A DNA stretch of 64,000 bases from an uncultured Gammaproteobacteria bacterium (GTDB lineage: Bacteria; Patescibacteriota; Microgenomatia; Levybacterales; GWA1-39-11): the NCBI GenBank assembly GCA_964448725.1, contig CAYVAJ010000005.1, forward strand, positions 2,137 through 66,136. Reading direction: 5' to 3'. A program made the translations under genes and the position numbers. Position 1 is the stretch's first letter, and every line of letters starts with the position of its first letter. Of this stretch, positions 49,374 through 58,176 are shown in pieces. The notes under the pieces are model-generated. The model was not told where the DNA came from, ran no database searches, and saw only the letters and a list, made by a program, of their open reading frames with translations.

Positions 49374-50438
49374 TTACCTACAAGGTAAAACCGGCAACCC
49401 ACGTATTGCAAGATTTTTATTCTTGAACTGTAGATCATCGGTAACCTCCATAGCATCCGCCGCCCAGTATGGAAGTCCAAAAGCAGCAGCTTCTGATTCA
49501 CTCGCGAACTCGCACTCGAGCGTGACGAGCCCTCTGTGTGCCCCTTGATAGACATCCAACTCAAGCATGTATTTCCCGTAGGGGATGAAGTACCGCGTCT
49601 TCGTAACCTGTGCCCCACTTGTTTTTTGCCAGAGTCGATCAAAAGTATCACGAGGAAGCGGCCGCTCCCATTCATCACGTCTAATCGCTCCATCACCCTT
49701 GGAGGCGATAAAAGCCGCATCACCAATGCGGCGAATCCGCAACTCACCAGGATCAGTGGCAAGATATCCCTGCTGCACGAGAACTTTCCGGTCATACGCT
49801 GGAAATTCAGGAACATCTCTGAGTACAAACTTTCGTTCAATCTCAACGTCCACGTATGAACTGACGATTGAAAGTGCGCGAGCAATGACTTGGGCAATTC
49901 CTCCTTCACCAGAGATAAATGTCCAGTTAGGATGTTCTTGCCATACCTTCCTGATACGATGCTCTAGAGCAATCGCTTCATCCAGATTTTCATACCTGCT
50001 TTCATTACCTGTTTTTCCGTAAAGAGACGGATTACAGGTAGCTGTACTCTCAAAATGCACGACTTGTGTGTATCTGCTGTAACAATCATGCAGATCAAGC
50101 CCATACTCAGAGAGAAATGCAGGAATACCACCGGTAACATATGCCGCGCCGTCAAGAATGCCTCTGTCACAAATGACAAGCCGAGCACCCTTTTGCTTTG
50201 CGATACGAATATTCATATCTTCAATGCCTTGCTGAGTACACAGAACTGCAGGTTGAAAAGCCTCCTGCCACTCCTGAGAATAAGGCATATCTTTGTTAGG
50301 AATTGGAAATCCTCCTTCCATAAGCATCGTTGCTACTTCAGGGACTAAGATTACTTTATCTCCATACTCATCTTTGATTGCGCGAAGTGACGTTGACTTC
50401 CCGCCTGCCGGTCCTCCGGTAAACACAATAGTATGCAT
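49374..50438 (-). CDS. NadR/AAA_28-type P-loop kinase fused to a CYTH domain
   Basis: TGGPAGGKST and CDRGILD, then EIERKF, QGYL, LRIR, KTRY and ECEF; SD GAAAGGG. Confidence 0.88.
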   Translation of the reverse strand: MHTIVFTGGPAGGKSTSLRAIKDEYGDKVILVPEVATMLMEGGFPIPNKDMPYSQEWQEAFQPAVLCTQQGIEDMNIRIAKQKGARLVICDRGILDGAAYVTGGIPAFLSEYGLDLHDCYSRYTQVVHFESTATCNPSLYGKTGNESRYENLDEAIALEHRIRKVWQEHPNWTFISGEGGIAQVIARALSIVSSYVDVEIERKFVLRDVPEFPAYDRKVLVQQGYLATDPGELRIRRIGDAAFIASKGDGAIRRDEWERPLPRDTFDRLWQKTSGAQVTKTRYFIPYGKYMLELDVYQGAHRGLVTLECEFASESEAAAFGLPYWAADAMEVTDDLQFKNKNLAIRGLPVLPCR

Positions 50439-50540
50439 TGAAGCCCTTTCTACTGATAATGTGCAAGCCAGTACTTCTGGCGTTAGTATTGTATCAAAAG
50501 AAAAACAAGCAAACAATATTATAGGATTTATTTTAATACT

Positions 50541-50569
50541 TTGACAAATTGCCTGATATTCTATACAAT
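50541..50569 (+). promoter_or_regulatory. Sigma-70 promoter
   Basis: TTGACA-N17-TACAAT. Confidence 0.8.
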
Positions 50570-50574
50570 CTGCC

Positions 50575-50810
50575 TCTATTGTTGATATCATAGACATTCG
50601 GTAATTTTTTGCCGGTCTGCACTATTCGCAGATAGAACATTAACACATAATTGTACATACCTAACCAAGCAAGGGCGACAGGAGGTGAAGAAAATTTCTT
50701 CTCTTCCTTTGGTCCTTGCTTACTATGCTGCGAAAGCGGTAGTTCATCCCGATATCATGTCGGAATGGGGCGAAAAGCTGTAGGACACATTATTCCGCAC
50801 TCAAGGAAGG
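50575..50810 (+). ncRNA. Candidate structured RNA or long 5' leader
   Basis: Six consecutive hairpins between the promoter and the ATG at 50819; family not recognised. Confidence 0.45.
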
Positions 50811-50818
50811 GTCATACA

Positions 50819-51250
50819 ATGGCTATTACTGCTGAAGATCTAGCTATCCAGCAACTCGAGAACGAAAGCCCGGCAGTAGGACAACGACCCAGAAGATTTA
50901 CCTATGATGAAGTAGATCTTGCTCGTGCGGTCTATGCCCACAATCATCGACATCCGGGCAACAAGCTTAGGAAAGAACTAGTCGAGTATGTCAGGGACCT
51001 GATCCTTGATGGGTGTGATGCCAAAGGGATTGTAAATGTGGATTCATTCACAGAGATCCAGATGGCATCAATGCTCTGTGATATCAGAGTGGTCACACAG
51101 ACGACTTCCGGTCATGCTGAATCCGTCCGGGCAATCATCGTGAATGAATGTGCGGACAACGATGTAGTGAGTGTTGCACATCTCTGTGCGGAACAGACAG
51201 TCCGCATGGTCGGCAATATTCAAGCAGAAGCAAGTATCGCCCATCGTTAG
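50819..51250 (+). CDS. Hypothetical protein (143 aa)
   Basis: SD-like AGGAAGG before the ATG of MAITAEDL. Confidence 0.65.
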   Translation: MAITAEDLAIQQLENESPAVGQRPRRFTYDEVDLARAVYAHNHRHPGNKLRKELVEYVRDLILDGCDAKGIVNVDSFTEIQMASMLCDIRVVTQTTSGHAESVRAIIVNECADNDVVSVAHLCAEQTVRMVGNIQAEASIAHR

Positions 51251-51336
51251 ATGCGCATGCATCAAGTTCATGGATTTTAGAGAGGATCGCCCCTTCTCTG
51301 AGATCCGCACGTACTTGTCTGTACAGTTGCCAATAT

Positions 51337-51431
51337 AAGGCACCAATGGAAATAATAAATAGTGTATTTCACCCTTGTCCATCGCGGACATATATTGTGG
51401 GACACACGTATATCCTGCGGTGCCTTTTTTT
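51337..51431 (+). terminator. Multi-branched terminator-like structure
   Basis: AAGGCACC pairs with GGTGCCTT, which is followed by a T tract. Confidence 0.5.
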
Positions 51432-51478
51432 ATTCCTCTCCCTTGAATTGTTCACTCAAAACAAGTAGTATAGAGTTC

Positions 51479-52039
51479 ATGGCAAAAATAGACGAAAAAG
51501 ATCCAGCAAATGAAATATGTCCAAAATGTGGACAACCGCTTGGTGAAATAACTACTACAAAAACAGGCCGAAAACTCCAGCGTTGTTCCCGTGGCTCATG
51601 GGATCCAGAAGCTAAAAAAAATGTGGGATGTGAGTATGTAAAATGGTTAGAAATGGAACCACAGCAACTCGATGAAAAGTGTCCAAAATGCGGAGAGCCA
51701 CTAGTCATTGCATTTACTCGTTTTGGTAAAAAAATGAAGAAATGTTCTACAGGAGGTTGGGATCGCGAAGCTAAAAAAGCAACCGGGTGTGATTTTGTTG
51801 AATGGATTAACGGGACAACTGAACCACTTGATGAAATCTGTCCTGAATGCGGTGAAAAATTAATTCTCTTTACTACTGCAACAGGGAAAAAAATGAAGAA
51901 ATGTTCTACTGCTGGCTGGGACCGTGAAGCAAAAAAAGCAACTGGCTGTCCATATGTCTACTGGTTCAAGCCTGGTGAATATGAAAGTGTGTATGATAGT
52001 GGCGGAGAAGAATTTTTACCTCCTGAACCTGCTGAGTAA
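51479..52039 (+). CDS. Stand-alone protein with three topoisomerase-type C4 zinc ribbons
   Basis: Three CPxCG...CS.G.WD.EAKK..GC repeats. Confidence 0.82.
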   Translation: MAKIDEKDPANEICPKCGQPLGEITTTKTGRKLQRCSRGSWDPEAKKNVGCEYVKWLEMEPQQLDEKCPKCGEPLVIAFTRFGKKMKKCSTGGWDREAKKATGCDFVEWINGTTEPLDEICPECGEKLILFTTATGKKMKKCSTAGWDREAKKATGCPYVYWFKPGEYESVYDSGGEEFLPPEPAE

Positions 52040-52062
52040 TCTGCCACGCATATTTTTCCTTT

Positions 52063-53178
52063 TTACTTTCCATCTAGATTTACGCGATAAAATTCTACTG
52101 TCCTCTGCATTGCCCGCACAAAACTTTCTCCATCTATATTATGTCCTCCAGTCGGATATTCATGCAGCTCGTGTGTAATAGATGTTGTATCAAGTACTGA
52201 ATTCAGATTACGACTATACCCAATATTCACAACATCATCATTGACCGCATGATGTAACTGAATTGCCCCTTTCACATCAGATAAAAAGTTTGTTGGTACT
52301 ACCTGTCTCCAAAATTCACTCTTTGAATTATACGATCCATGCGTATCAAATAATACGTTACGCCTTCTTTGCCTCGGTGTGTTATCAGGTGGCCGCTGGT
52401 AACTCGAATCTTGGATACCAAACTCTTGCATGTCACTATAAGTATATACTGCCCCTGCCCAAACAACTATTGCAGGAATTTCAGGACGAGCTGCAATACT
52501 CCGAAGTGCGATATTTCCCGCCATACTATGCCCCCATATTCCAACTGCCCTAGGGTTTACCATATTTGAAACTTGTAGTGCTGCACGAGCATTCAGTGTA
52601 TCAATAACATAATCCGAAGCATAATATCCTCCACCAGCTTCACCCTCAGACTCTCCATGTCCACGTAAATCAATTTTAAAGACTACAAATCCGTTACGGG
52701 CAAGATAATCTACATAGTCACTATACTTCTCAAGCGTCTGATATTGAGCTGGAGGAATATATCCATGTACGAATACAATTGCTGGAAATCCTTGTGCTGG
52801 TACTTCTCCTGCAGGAATTGTAAGTAGACCATTAATTGTTAATCCGTCAGATTCGTATGAAGTGAGATATGCCGTATAATTAGGATGATCATAGGCAAAC
52901 TCACGATTCCCCAAGGTACTCGTATACTCGCGTTCTCGTAAATACGGAATCGTCAGTTCCTGAAAAGGCATTGGTGTAGGAGTTATTGCATCTTTTTCTG
53001 CAACAGAGATAACAGACGGGTTATTATTTCCGCTTGTATTGGTACTGATAAAATATGCCACTGATACTACCAAAAGGATACACAGCGAAACAACTCCTCT
53101 GCCCAACCACTTTCTTTTAGAATTTGATTCAACAACAGGTTCGCTTTCAAGTAATGATTCTTGAACAGTGTGATTCAT
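52063..53178 (-). CDS. Membrane-anchored alpha/beta hydrolase (S9 peptidase-like)
   Basis: HGY, DLRGHG, GHSMAG, DDVV and GGH. Confidence 0.88.
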   Translation of the reverse strand: MNHTVQESLLESEPVVESNSKRKWLGRGVVSLCILLVVSVAYFISTNTSGNNNPSVISVAEKDAITPTPMPFQELTIPYLREREYTSTLGNREFAYDHPNYTAYLTSYESDGLTINGLLTIPAGEVPAQGFPAIVFVHGYIPPAQYQTLEKYSDYVDYLARNGFVVFKIDLRGHGESEGEAGGGYYASDYVIDTLNARAALQVSNMVNPRAVGIWGHSMAGNIALRSIAARPEIPAIVVWAGAVYTYSDMQEFGIQDSSYQRPPDNTPRQRRRNVLFDTHGSYNSKSEFWRQVVPTNFLSDVKGAIQLHHAVNDDVVNIGYSRNLNSVLDTTSITHELHEYPTGGHNIDGESFVRAMQRTVEFYRVNLDGK

Positions 53179-53415
53179 ATGATACGTATGGAGAACTAAG
53201 TTTACAACTATACCAAATAATTGTAAGAAGAACCGTATTGTTCTTGTTCAACCTTTGTAAATTTCATGAGAAATAGTATTGGTAAGATAATCGGATACAA
53301 TTGCGAAAATTATCCTGGCGGAATAATTCATTACACCTAAATTCACCCAATTATTGCATGAGGTCATCAATGATTTCAGAAAGTTTTCCGCCAGAATTTT
53401 TATGAATACGAGAAA

Positions 53416-53670
53416 TTATCGGTCTTCACGTGGTCGTGCAACTGATACTGCAATTGATCGTCCACCTACGTCTTTCCCATTCATTTCTTCAATAGCTTTT
53501 TGTGCCTGTGCATCATCTTCAAGTTCAACAAATCCAAATCCTTTACTTTGTCCGGTATTGCGATCAGTAATAACAACTGCGGAAACAACAGTTCCATATT
53601 CAGCGAAAAGATCAGTTAATTCCTGATTATTTACTGCGTATGGAAGTCCTCCTACAAATAGTTTTGTCAT
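53416..53670 (-). CDS. RRM-domain RNA-binding protein
   Basis: RNP2 LFVGGL, RNP1 KGFGFVEL; SD GGAGGTG. Confidence 0.96.
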   Translation of the reverse strand: MTKLFVGGLPYAVNNQELTDLFAEYGTVVSAVVITDRNTGQSKGFGFVELEDDAQAQKAIEEMNGKDVGGRSIAVSVARPREDR

Positions 53671-53836
53671 TTTTTTTCACCTCCCCTCCTGTCTGCAATA
53701 TAATGCAGACGAGCGCCCCTCGTAACCTCCTGTTGGATATAACGAAGTTGGGTTTCTTTGCGAATAGTAAAATAATTCAGAGTTCTCATTGAAGGCTCGG
53801 AGAGATAAGCCTCCAATTCCTGATAGTATTATAGCA
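53671..53836 (-). promoter_or_regulatory. Extended -10 promoter and about 150-nt structured leader of the RRM gene
   Basis: TGCTATAAT; stems UUGGAGGCU/AGCCUUCAA and GUCUGCA/UGCAGAC. Confidence 0.6.
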
Positions 53837-53896
53837 ATATTTATAAAAAAACAACGAAGAAAATTATATTTTAAAAAAGAATAAAAAGATATCATG

Positions 53897-54259
53897 TTAT
53901 GGGGATTTTGGCAAATGTTTTTTAATTTTTGCTACCATATCATTAATATCAAATGGCTTAATGAGAAAATCACTTACCTTTGTATCTTTTGCTATTTTCT
54001 CAATATCATGATTTGCTGAAAATAAAATAATAGGAATATGTTTTGTTATGGCATTTTCCAGCAATCCTTGTGCAATTTCTATCCCATTCGTTCCAGAAAG
54101 CCAAATATCGAGCAATATTAAGTCAGGAAGGTTATCATGAAGCTTTTTGACCATCTCACCATCTGAAGCAGTTACTACTTCGTATCCTTCATATTCAAGC
54201 AGCAATTTTGTTGAATCCAAAATTGCTTGATCATCATCTGCAATAAGTATCTTGGCCAT
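53897..54259 (-). CDS. Single-domain response regulator
   Basis: ILIADDD, LLDIWL and KPF. Confidence 0.94.
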   Translation of the reverse strand: MAKILIADDDQAILDSTKLLLEYEGYEVVTASDGEMVKKLHDNLPDLILLDIWLSGTNGIEIAQGLLENAITKHIPIILFSANHDIEKIAKDTKVSDFLIKPFDINDMVAKIKKHLPKSP

Positions 54260-54284
54260 AGTGTATTAAGTAAGTATACACAAA

Positions 54285-55385
54285 TTATTGCAAAATAATA
54301 TTTTTATCTTTTAATAAGATTAAGCTTTCATTCAGCATATCTTGTAAAATTCTTTCTTTGTCTTGAAGATTGGTAATAAATTGCGCCTGACCATAATCTA
54401 CAATTCTAATGGGAAGATATTCAGCGTCAATTAATGTATTATTATAAAAATAGTATTTCCCAATAACTCCCTCCTGTGTTTTTTGCGACCACATTTGGTC
54501 GAATATAAAATTCCCATGTGCATAAGTAATTAATGTATTGTTGTATATTTCAATTGGTTGAATCCAATGAGGATGATTCCCAATTATCAGATCTGCCCCT
54601 GCATCAACTGCAAGCTTCCCAAGTTCCCGCTGTCTGGTACTTGGCTGACTCACATACTCTACTCCCCAATGAAATTGGACAATAACTACATCGGCATTTT
54701 GCCGAGCATTCTGTATCTCATGTTGTAATATTTCTGTATCAGCACGTGACACCCCATCCTGCTGCTCAATATCATCGTATCCAAGAAACGCAAATGTCAC
54801 TCCTCGAACATCTATATATTGTGGATTATTTTTTACTCCAACAGTAGTAATCCCATGAGCATCAAGAAGTGACAACGTCTGATTAATACCAACTGTCCCA
54901 TGATTACCTGCATGGTTATTCCCCATATTTGCAACATCAACACCAGCAAAGGTCAACCCTTGAATATGGCGAGCATCACCGCAAAATATCATCCCTTCAT
55001 TTGTCACCGGACAATTCTCAAAAATAGGTGCTTCAAGATTTACAAAAGTTATATCAGCGTCTCGCAAATATTCAGCCGTTGGTTCAAACGCCCAATGAAA
55101 ATTATTGTACGTAATCGTTTTATAATTTACACTTCGGGCAGGAATAATGTCACCAGTCACAATCAATGTCCTGATTGATTCAGAAGGATACTGATGAGTA
55201 ATTGATGTGTCTGAATCAAAGAATTGTTCGAGTTTAAGATGTGCAACCGTAGGAGTCTGTATCTGTGCACGTGTAGGACTTGGAGGCTCATTAATAATTT
55301 CCTGTGGTGAAGCTGCAAGAAAATACCAGCCTACAGAGGCAACTATAAGGACGGAAAAGACAGTCAATAAAATCCAGTATCGCAT
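54285..55385 (-). CDS. CapA (PGA_cap) family metallophosphoesterase
   Basis: GD, NLE, NNH, HWGVEY, GNHPH and GNFIFDQ. Confidence 0.92.
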   Translation of the reverse strand: MRYWILLTVFSVLIVASVGWYFLAASPQEIINEPPSPTRAQIQTPTVAHLKLEQFFDSDTSITHQYPSESIRTLIVTGDIIPARSVNYKTITYNNFHWAFEPTAEYLRDADITFVNLEAPIFENCPVTNEGMIFCGDARHIQGLTFAGVDVANMGNNHAGNHGTVGINQTLSLLDAHGITTVGVKNNPQYIDVRGVTFAFLGYDDIEQQDGVSRADTEILQHEIQNARQNADVVIVQFHWGVEYVSQPSTRQRELGKLAVDAGADLIIGNHPHWIQPIEIYNNTLITYAHGNFIFDQMWSQKTQEGVIGKYYFYNNTLIDAEYLPIRIVDYGQAQFITNLQDKERILQDMLNESLILLKDKNIILQ

Positions 55386-55399
55386 GCCCTCATTATACG

Positions 55400-55930
55400 C
55401 TATTGTCTTACAATCTCTGCAATTGAATCTGCTATGACAACTGGCTTCCCTTCAAATACTCGAAAAGTTTCATCATCAAGATTAATACCTAATTCTTGCT
55501 CAATTTGGGCAATACGAAACTCTCGCACCACTCCAGACACCCGCACATCGTCATTTTGACTATAGAAAATCTCTCCAGGCCCACCACCGACTCCTACTAA
55601 TGCCTCACGGCTTATCACCAATAACATATCATCTACAAGCCCAACTGATTCAATAGTAATTCCTCGTGTACCGATATTCTGACCTACTTCTCCCCGGACA
55701 GAAATTGTCTTTCCATAGTAGTCATCAGGTTTATGTGCAACTTCTTCTAAATTCACATTTTGTCCACGCTCATCTCCAAATATTTCTACTTTATTAGCCT
55801 TTTGTTGCAGATCTCTGATTGATGAGCTATCTGAATTATAAAATGAAATCATGAGTAAAATTGTAAATACAATCAATAATCCGCCAAGTGCAACTCGTCC
55901 TAAAACTGTATTCTTCTGTTTATTCTTCAT
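55400..55930 (-). CDS. Hypothetical membrane-anchored protein (OB-fold-like)
   Basis: N-terminal TM; YYGKTISVRGEV and VRVSGVV. Confidence 0.65.
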   Translation of the reverse strand: MKNKQKNTVLGRVALGGLLIVFTILLMISFYNSDSSSIRDLQQKANKVEIFGDERGQNVNLEEVAHKPDDYYGKTISVRGEVGQNIGTRGITIESVGLVDDMLLVISREALVGVGGGPGEIFYSQNDDVRVSGVVREFRIAQIEQELGINLDDETFRVFEGKPVVIADSIAEIVRQ

Positions 55931-55997
55931 ACCCTGTACTATACGCAGACTGCATTAAAAATTAAGGAGATAATAGTAAGAATTAGACAAGAGGTTA

Positions 55998-56606
55998 TTA
56001 TTCTGAATCAGAAGCAATACTCTCTGCAATAGTAAAAAGAATTTTTTGCTGCACTTGGCCAGTATGAGGGGGAAGAATAAATAGAGATGTCAAGTCATTC
56101 AAATGAAACACAAAAAATGGCCCTATTTCCTCCATCTGAGTGATAGTATCCGTATACATATTCTTCTCTTCTTTCATTATCTGTATTCGTAGCCCTTTAA
56201 TACCGTTTATCGATTTAAAAGGTCTGATATCTACTGCATCAGTGCAGGTAATTGATATTCCAGGCCCATCGGCTGCACACATATTTTTAATCTGTCCAAG
56301 AGCAAACTCTTCAAAAGAATCCTGTTGAGTATTTTCAAGTACGCGTATTTCAGCTACTGAGAAAACTTCTTCCCCAGATACTGTAGCAATACTCATACTT
56401 TCAGGTGTATATGCAATTACGTCAAACTCCTGAGGATATGAAAATGAAAATTTGTGAGTTGAGTTCGTATATTGATCATATATAAGAGGCGATGATGGGT
56501 TATAAAGTCCTTTCTTCTGATAATCAATCTTTATGGTTTGAATAAAAAAATACCCAATAGTAAGAAGAACTATTCCGACAAAAAATGAAATTATTATTTT
56601 TTTCAT
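55998..56606 (-). CDS. Membrane-anchored PsbP-like protein
   Basis: TM followed by YTNSTHKFSFSYP. Confidence 0.6.
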   Translation of the reverse strand: MKKIIISFFVGIVLLTIGYFFIQTIKIDYQKKGLYNPSSPLIYDQYTNSTHKFSFSYPQEFDVIAYTPESMSIATVSGEEVFSVAEIRVLENTQQDSFEEFALGQIKNMCAADGPGISITCTDAVDIRPFKSINGIKGLRIQIMKEEKNMYTDTITQMEEIGPFFVFHLNDLTSLFILPPHTGQVQQKILFTIAESIASDSE

Positions 56607-56607
56607 A

Positions 56608-57279
56608 TTAGATAACTATCTGAAATGTCTGAAATATTTGGAGGACCAAGTCATGCAGCTCATCTTGCTGTTCTCCGGCACTAATCAATACCCGAGCACG
56701 TATTATTTGATCACCATTTTTGGTTGTCAAAGTTATGCTCATCATACCATCATTACGTATTGTTGATGCTTTTTTGTATATGGTATTTTTAATGCGAACA
56801 TTCTCACATGTTACTGTCTTTTGATTACAATCGACTAACTGCTCAAGCGAATAATTCCTTTCATTACTCGATATCACAAATTCAATCTCTACGCTATTTT
56901 CTGGCATACTCTTTTCACCATTGTTACGCTCAGATGTTTGTGTACTATCTGATACTGTATTGTTTTGTACCGTCCAACTTTGTAGTACTGTACCAAATGC
57001 ATTCCGATTATCACCTGCAGGCGTATTCATTATTTTCCACTCAGACGGATATTGAAATTGAAAGCTCCCGTCATGACTTTGAAAAGTACTACCATTTTCT
57101 ACTTCATCTGTCTGACCCCTCACAGAAAAACCCATAGCAGCACTTGGAGAAGCATTCTCTTTTGATACATGTTGATACTGCGGTTTGTCAGGAACCACCC
57201 GAAGAGCAATAGCAGTTACAGCCAAGATGGTCAAGATTACAAGGGAAATAACAAGTCTCACAAGTATAAAGAATACCAT
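56608..57279 (-). CDS. Membrane-anchored PsbP-like protein
   Basis: TM followed by FQFQYPSEW; terminal QIFQTFQI. Confidence 0.62.
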   Translation of the reverse strand: MVFFILVRLVISLVILTILAVTAIALRVVPDKPQYQHVSKENASPSAAMGFSVRGQTDEVENGSTFQSHDGSFQFQYPSEWKIMNTPAGDNRNAFGTVLQSWTVQNNTVSDSTQTSERNNGEKSMPENSVEIEFVISSNERNYSLEQLVDCNQKTVTCENVRIKNTIYKKASTIRNDGMMSITLTTKNGDQIIRARVLISAGEQQDELHDLVLQIFQTFQIVI

Positions 57280-57341
57280 ACATTCTCATCATTTGCATTG
57301 AAAACATACTCATATTTACAAAAATCAGATATACTCACAAT

Positions 57342-57797
57342 ATGGCTCGAAAAAATAAAGTACTCATCCATGTACCTTATGTCCCCAGTACCTGGCATAA
57401 AATAAATGTCATGCTTGAACTAGCTGATCCACAGTTTAATGATAAAATGGCAGATTTAGGATCTGGAGATGGAAGAATTGTTATCTCATTTGCTAAAAAA
57501 GGGGTTGAGTCACATGGATATGAAATTAATAGTGAGTTAGCACTCCTTGCAGAAAGTAAAATTCTTGATGAAAATTTAGATGAGAAAGCATTCATCCACA
57601 TTGCTGACTTTTGGGAAGAAGATTTATCAGATTTTTCAATTGTTACTATTTATGGGATGACCAGTATCATGGAGCACTTAGAAAAAAAACTTAAAAGAGA
57701 ATTAAAATCAGGCTCAAGAGTTCTATCAGCAATTTTTCATTTTCCAAACTGGACTCCAATAAAACAAAAGGATAATGTATACCTTTATCAGATCTGA
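57342..57797 (+). CDS. Class I SAM-dependent methyltransferase (FAM173-like)
   Basis: VPYVPS, DLGSGDGRI and GYEIN. Confidence 0.88.
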   Translation: MARKNKVLIHVPYVPSTWHKINVMLELADPQFNDKMADLGSGDGRIVISFAKKGVESHGYEINSELALLAESKILDENLDEKAFIHIADFWEEDLSDFSIVTIYGMTSIMEHLEKKLKRELKSGSRVLSAIFHFPNWTPIKQKDNVYLYQI

Positions 57798-57830
57798 GAT
57801 TCTGTAACAAATACGGGTATTATTATTATT

Positions 57831-58001
57831 TTACTCATTAACAATTTTTTCAAATGGGATTGAATGTACTGGATCTTGTAAGTCATGTATATCACTATTC
57901 TCCCCTAATGGATATTGCTTATGAGCAAGGTCTTTATGTCCTTCCATTTCAAGCAAGTTTTTAAACTCTATTCCACAAACATTACAATAGTGACTTTCCA
58001 T
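57831..58001 (-). CDS. 56-aa C2H2 zinc-finger microprotein (not in the ORF track)
   Basis: MESHYCNVCGIEFKNLLEMEGHKDLAH...; SD AAAGGGGGTG. Confidence 0.8.
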   Translation of the reverse strand: MESHYCNVCGIEFKNLLEMEGHKDLAHKQYPLGENSDIHDLQDPVHSIPFEKIVNE

Positions 58002-58176
58002 ACAAATTTACACCCCCTTTATTCTTCGTAACTATATACTGAGATACATATCAACAGCCATTACATTAGGTACCCAAAACTCTCTATACCATAGAATATA
58101 TGTACACAAATGGCAACAAAAATAGGTAAGAATACTGAAATGAAATTAGAATATTCCCATGCTATACTGTACCTTC

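Noticed and set aside
49370-49909. 179-aa alternative-frame ORF inside the CYTH gene
   Set aside because: Expected by chance in higher-GC sequence; no SD or motif.
50722-50790. c-di-GMP-I (GEMM) riboswitch, suggested by a GAAA hairpin and GGGGCGAAAAGCUGUAGG
   Set aside because: An extra hairpin intervenes and the expected GCAAA and downstream stem features do not match. Kept only as an unclassified structured RNA pending an Rfam search.
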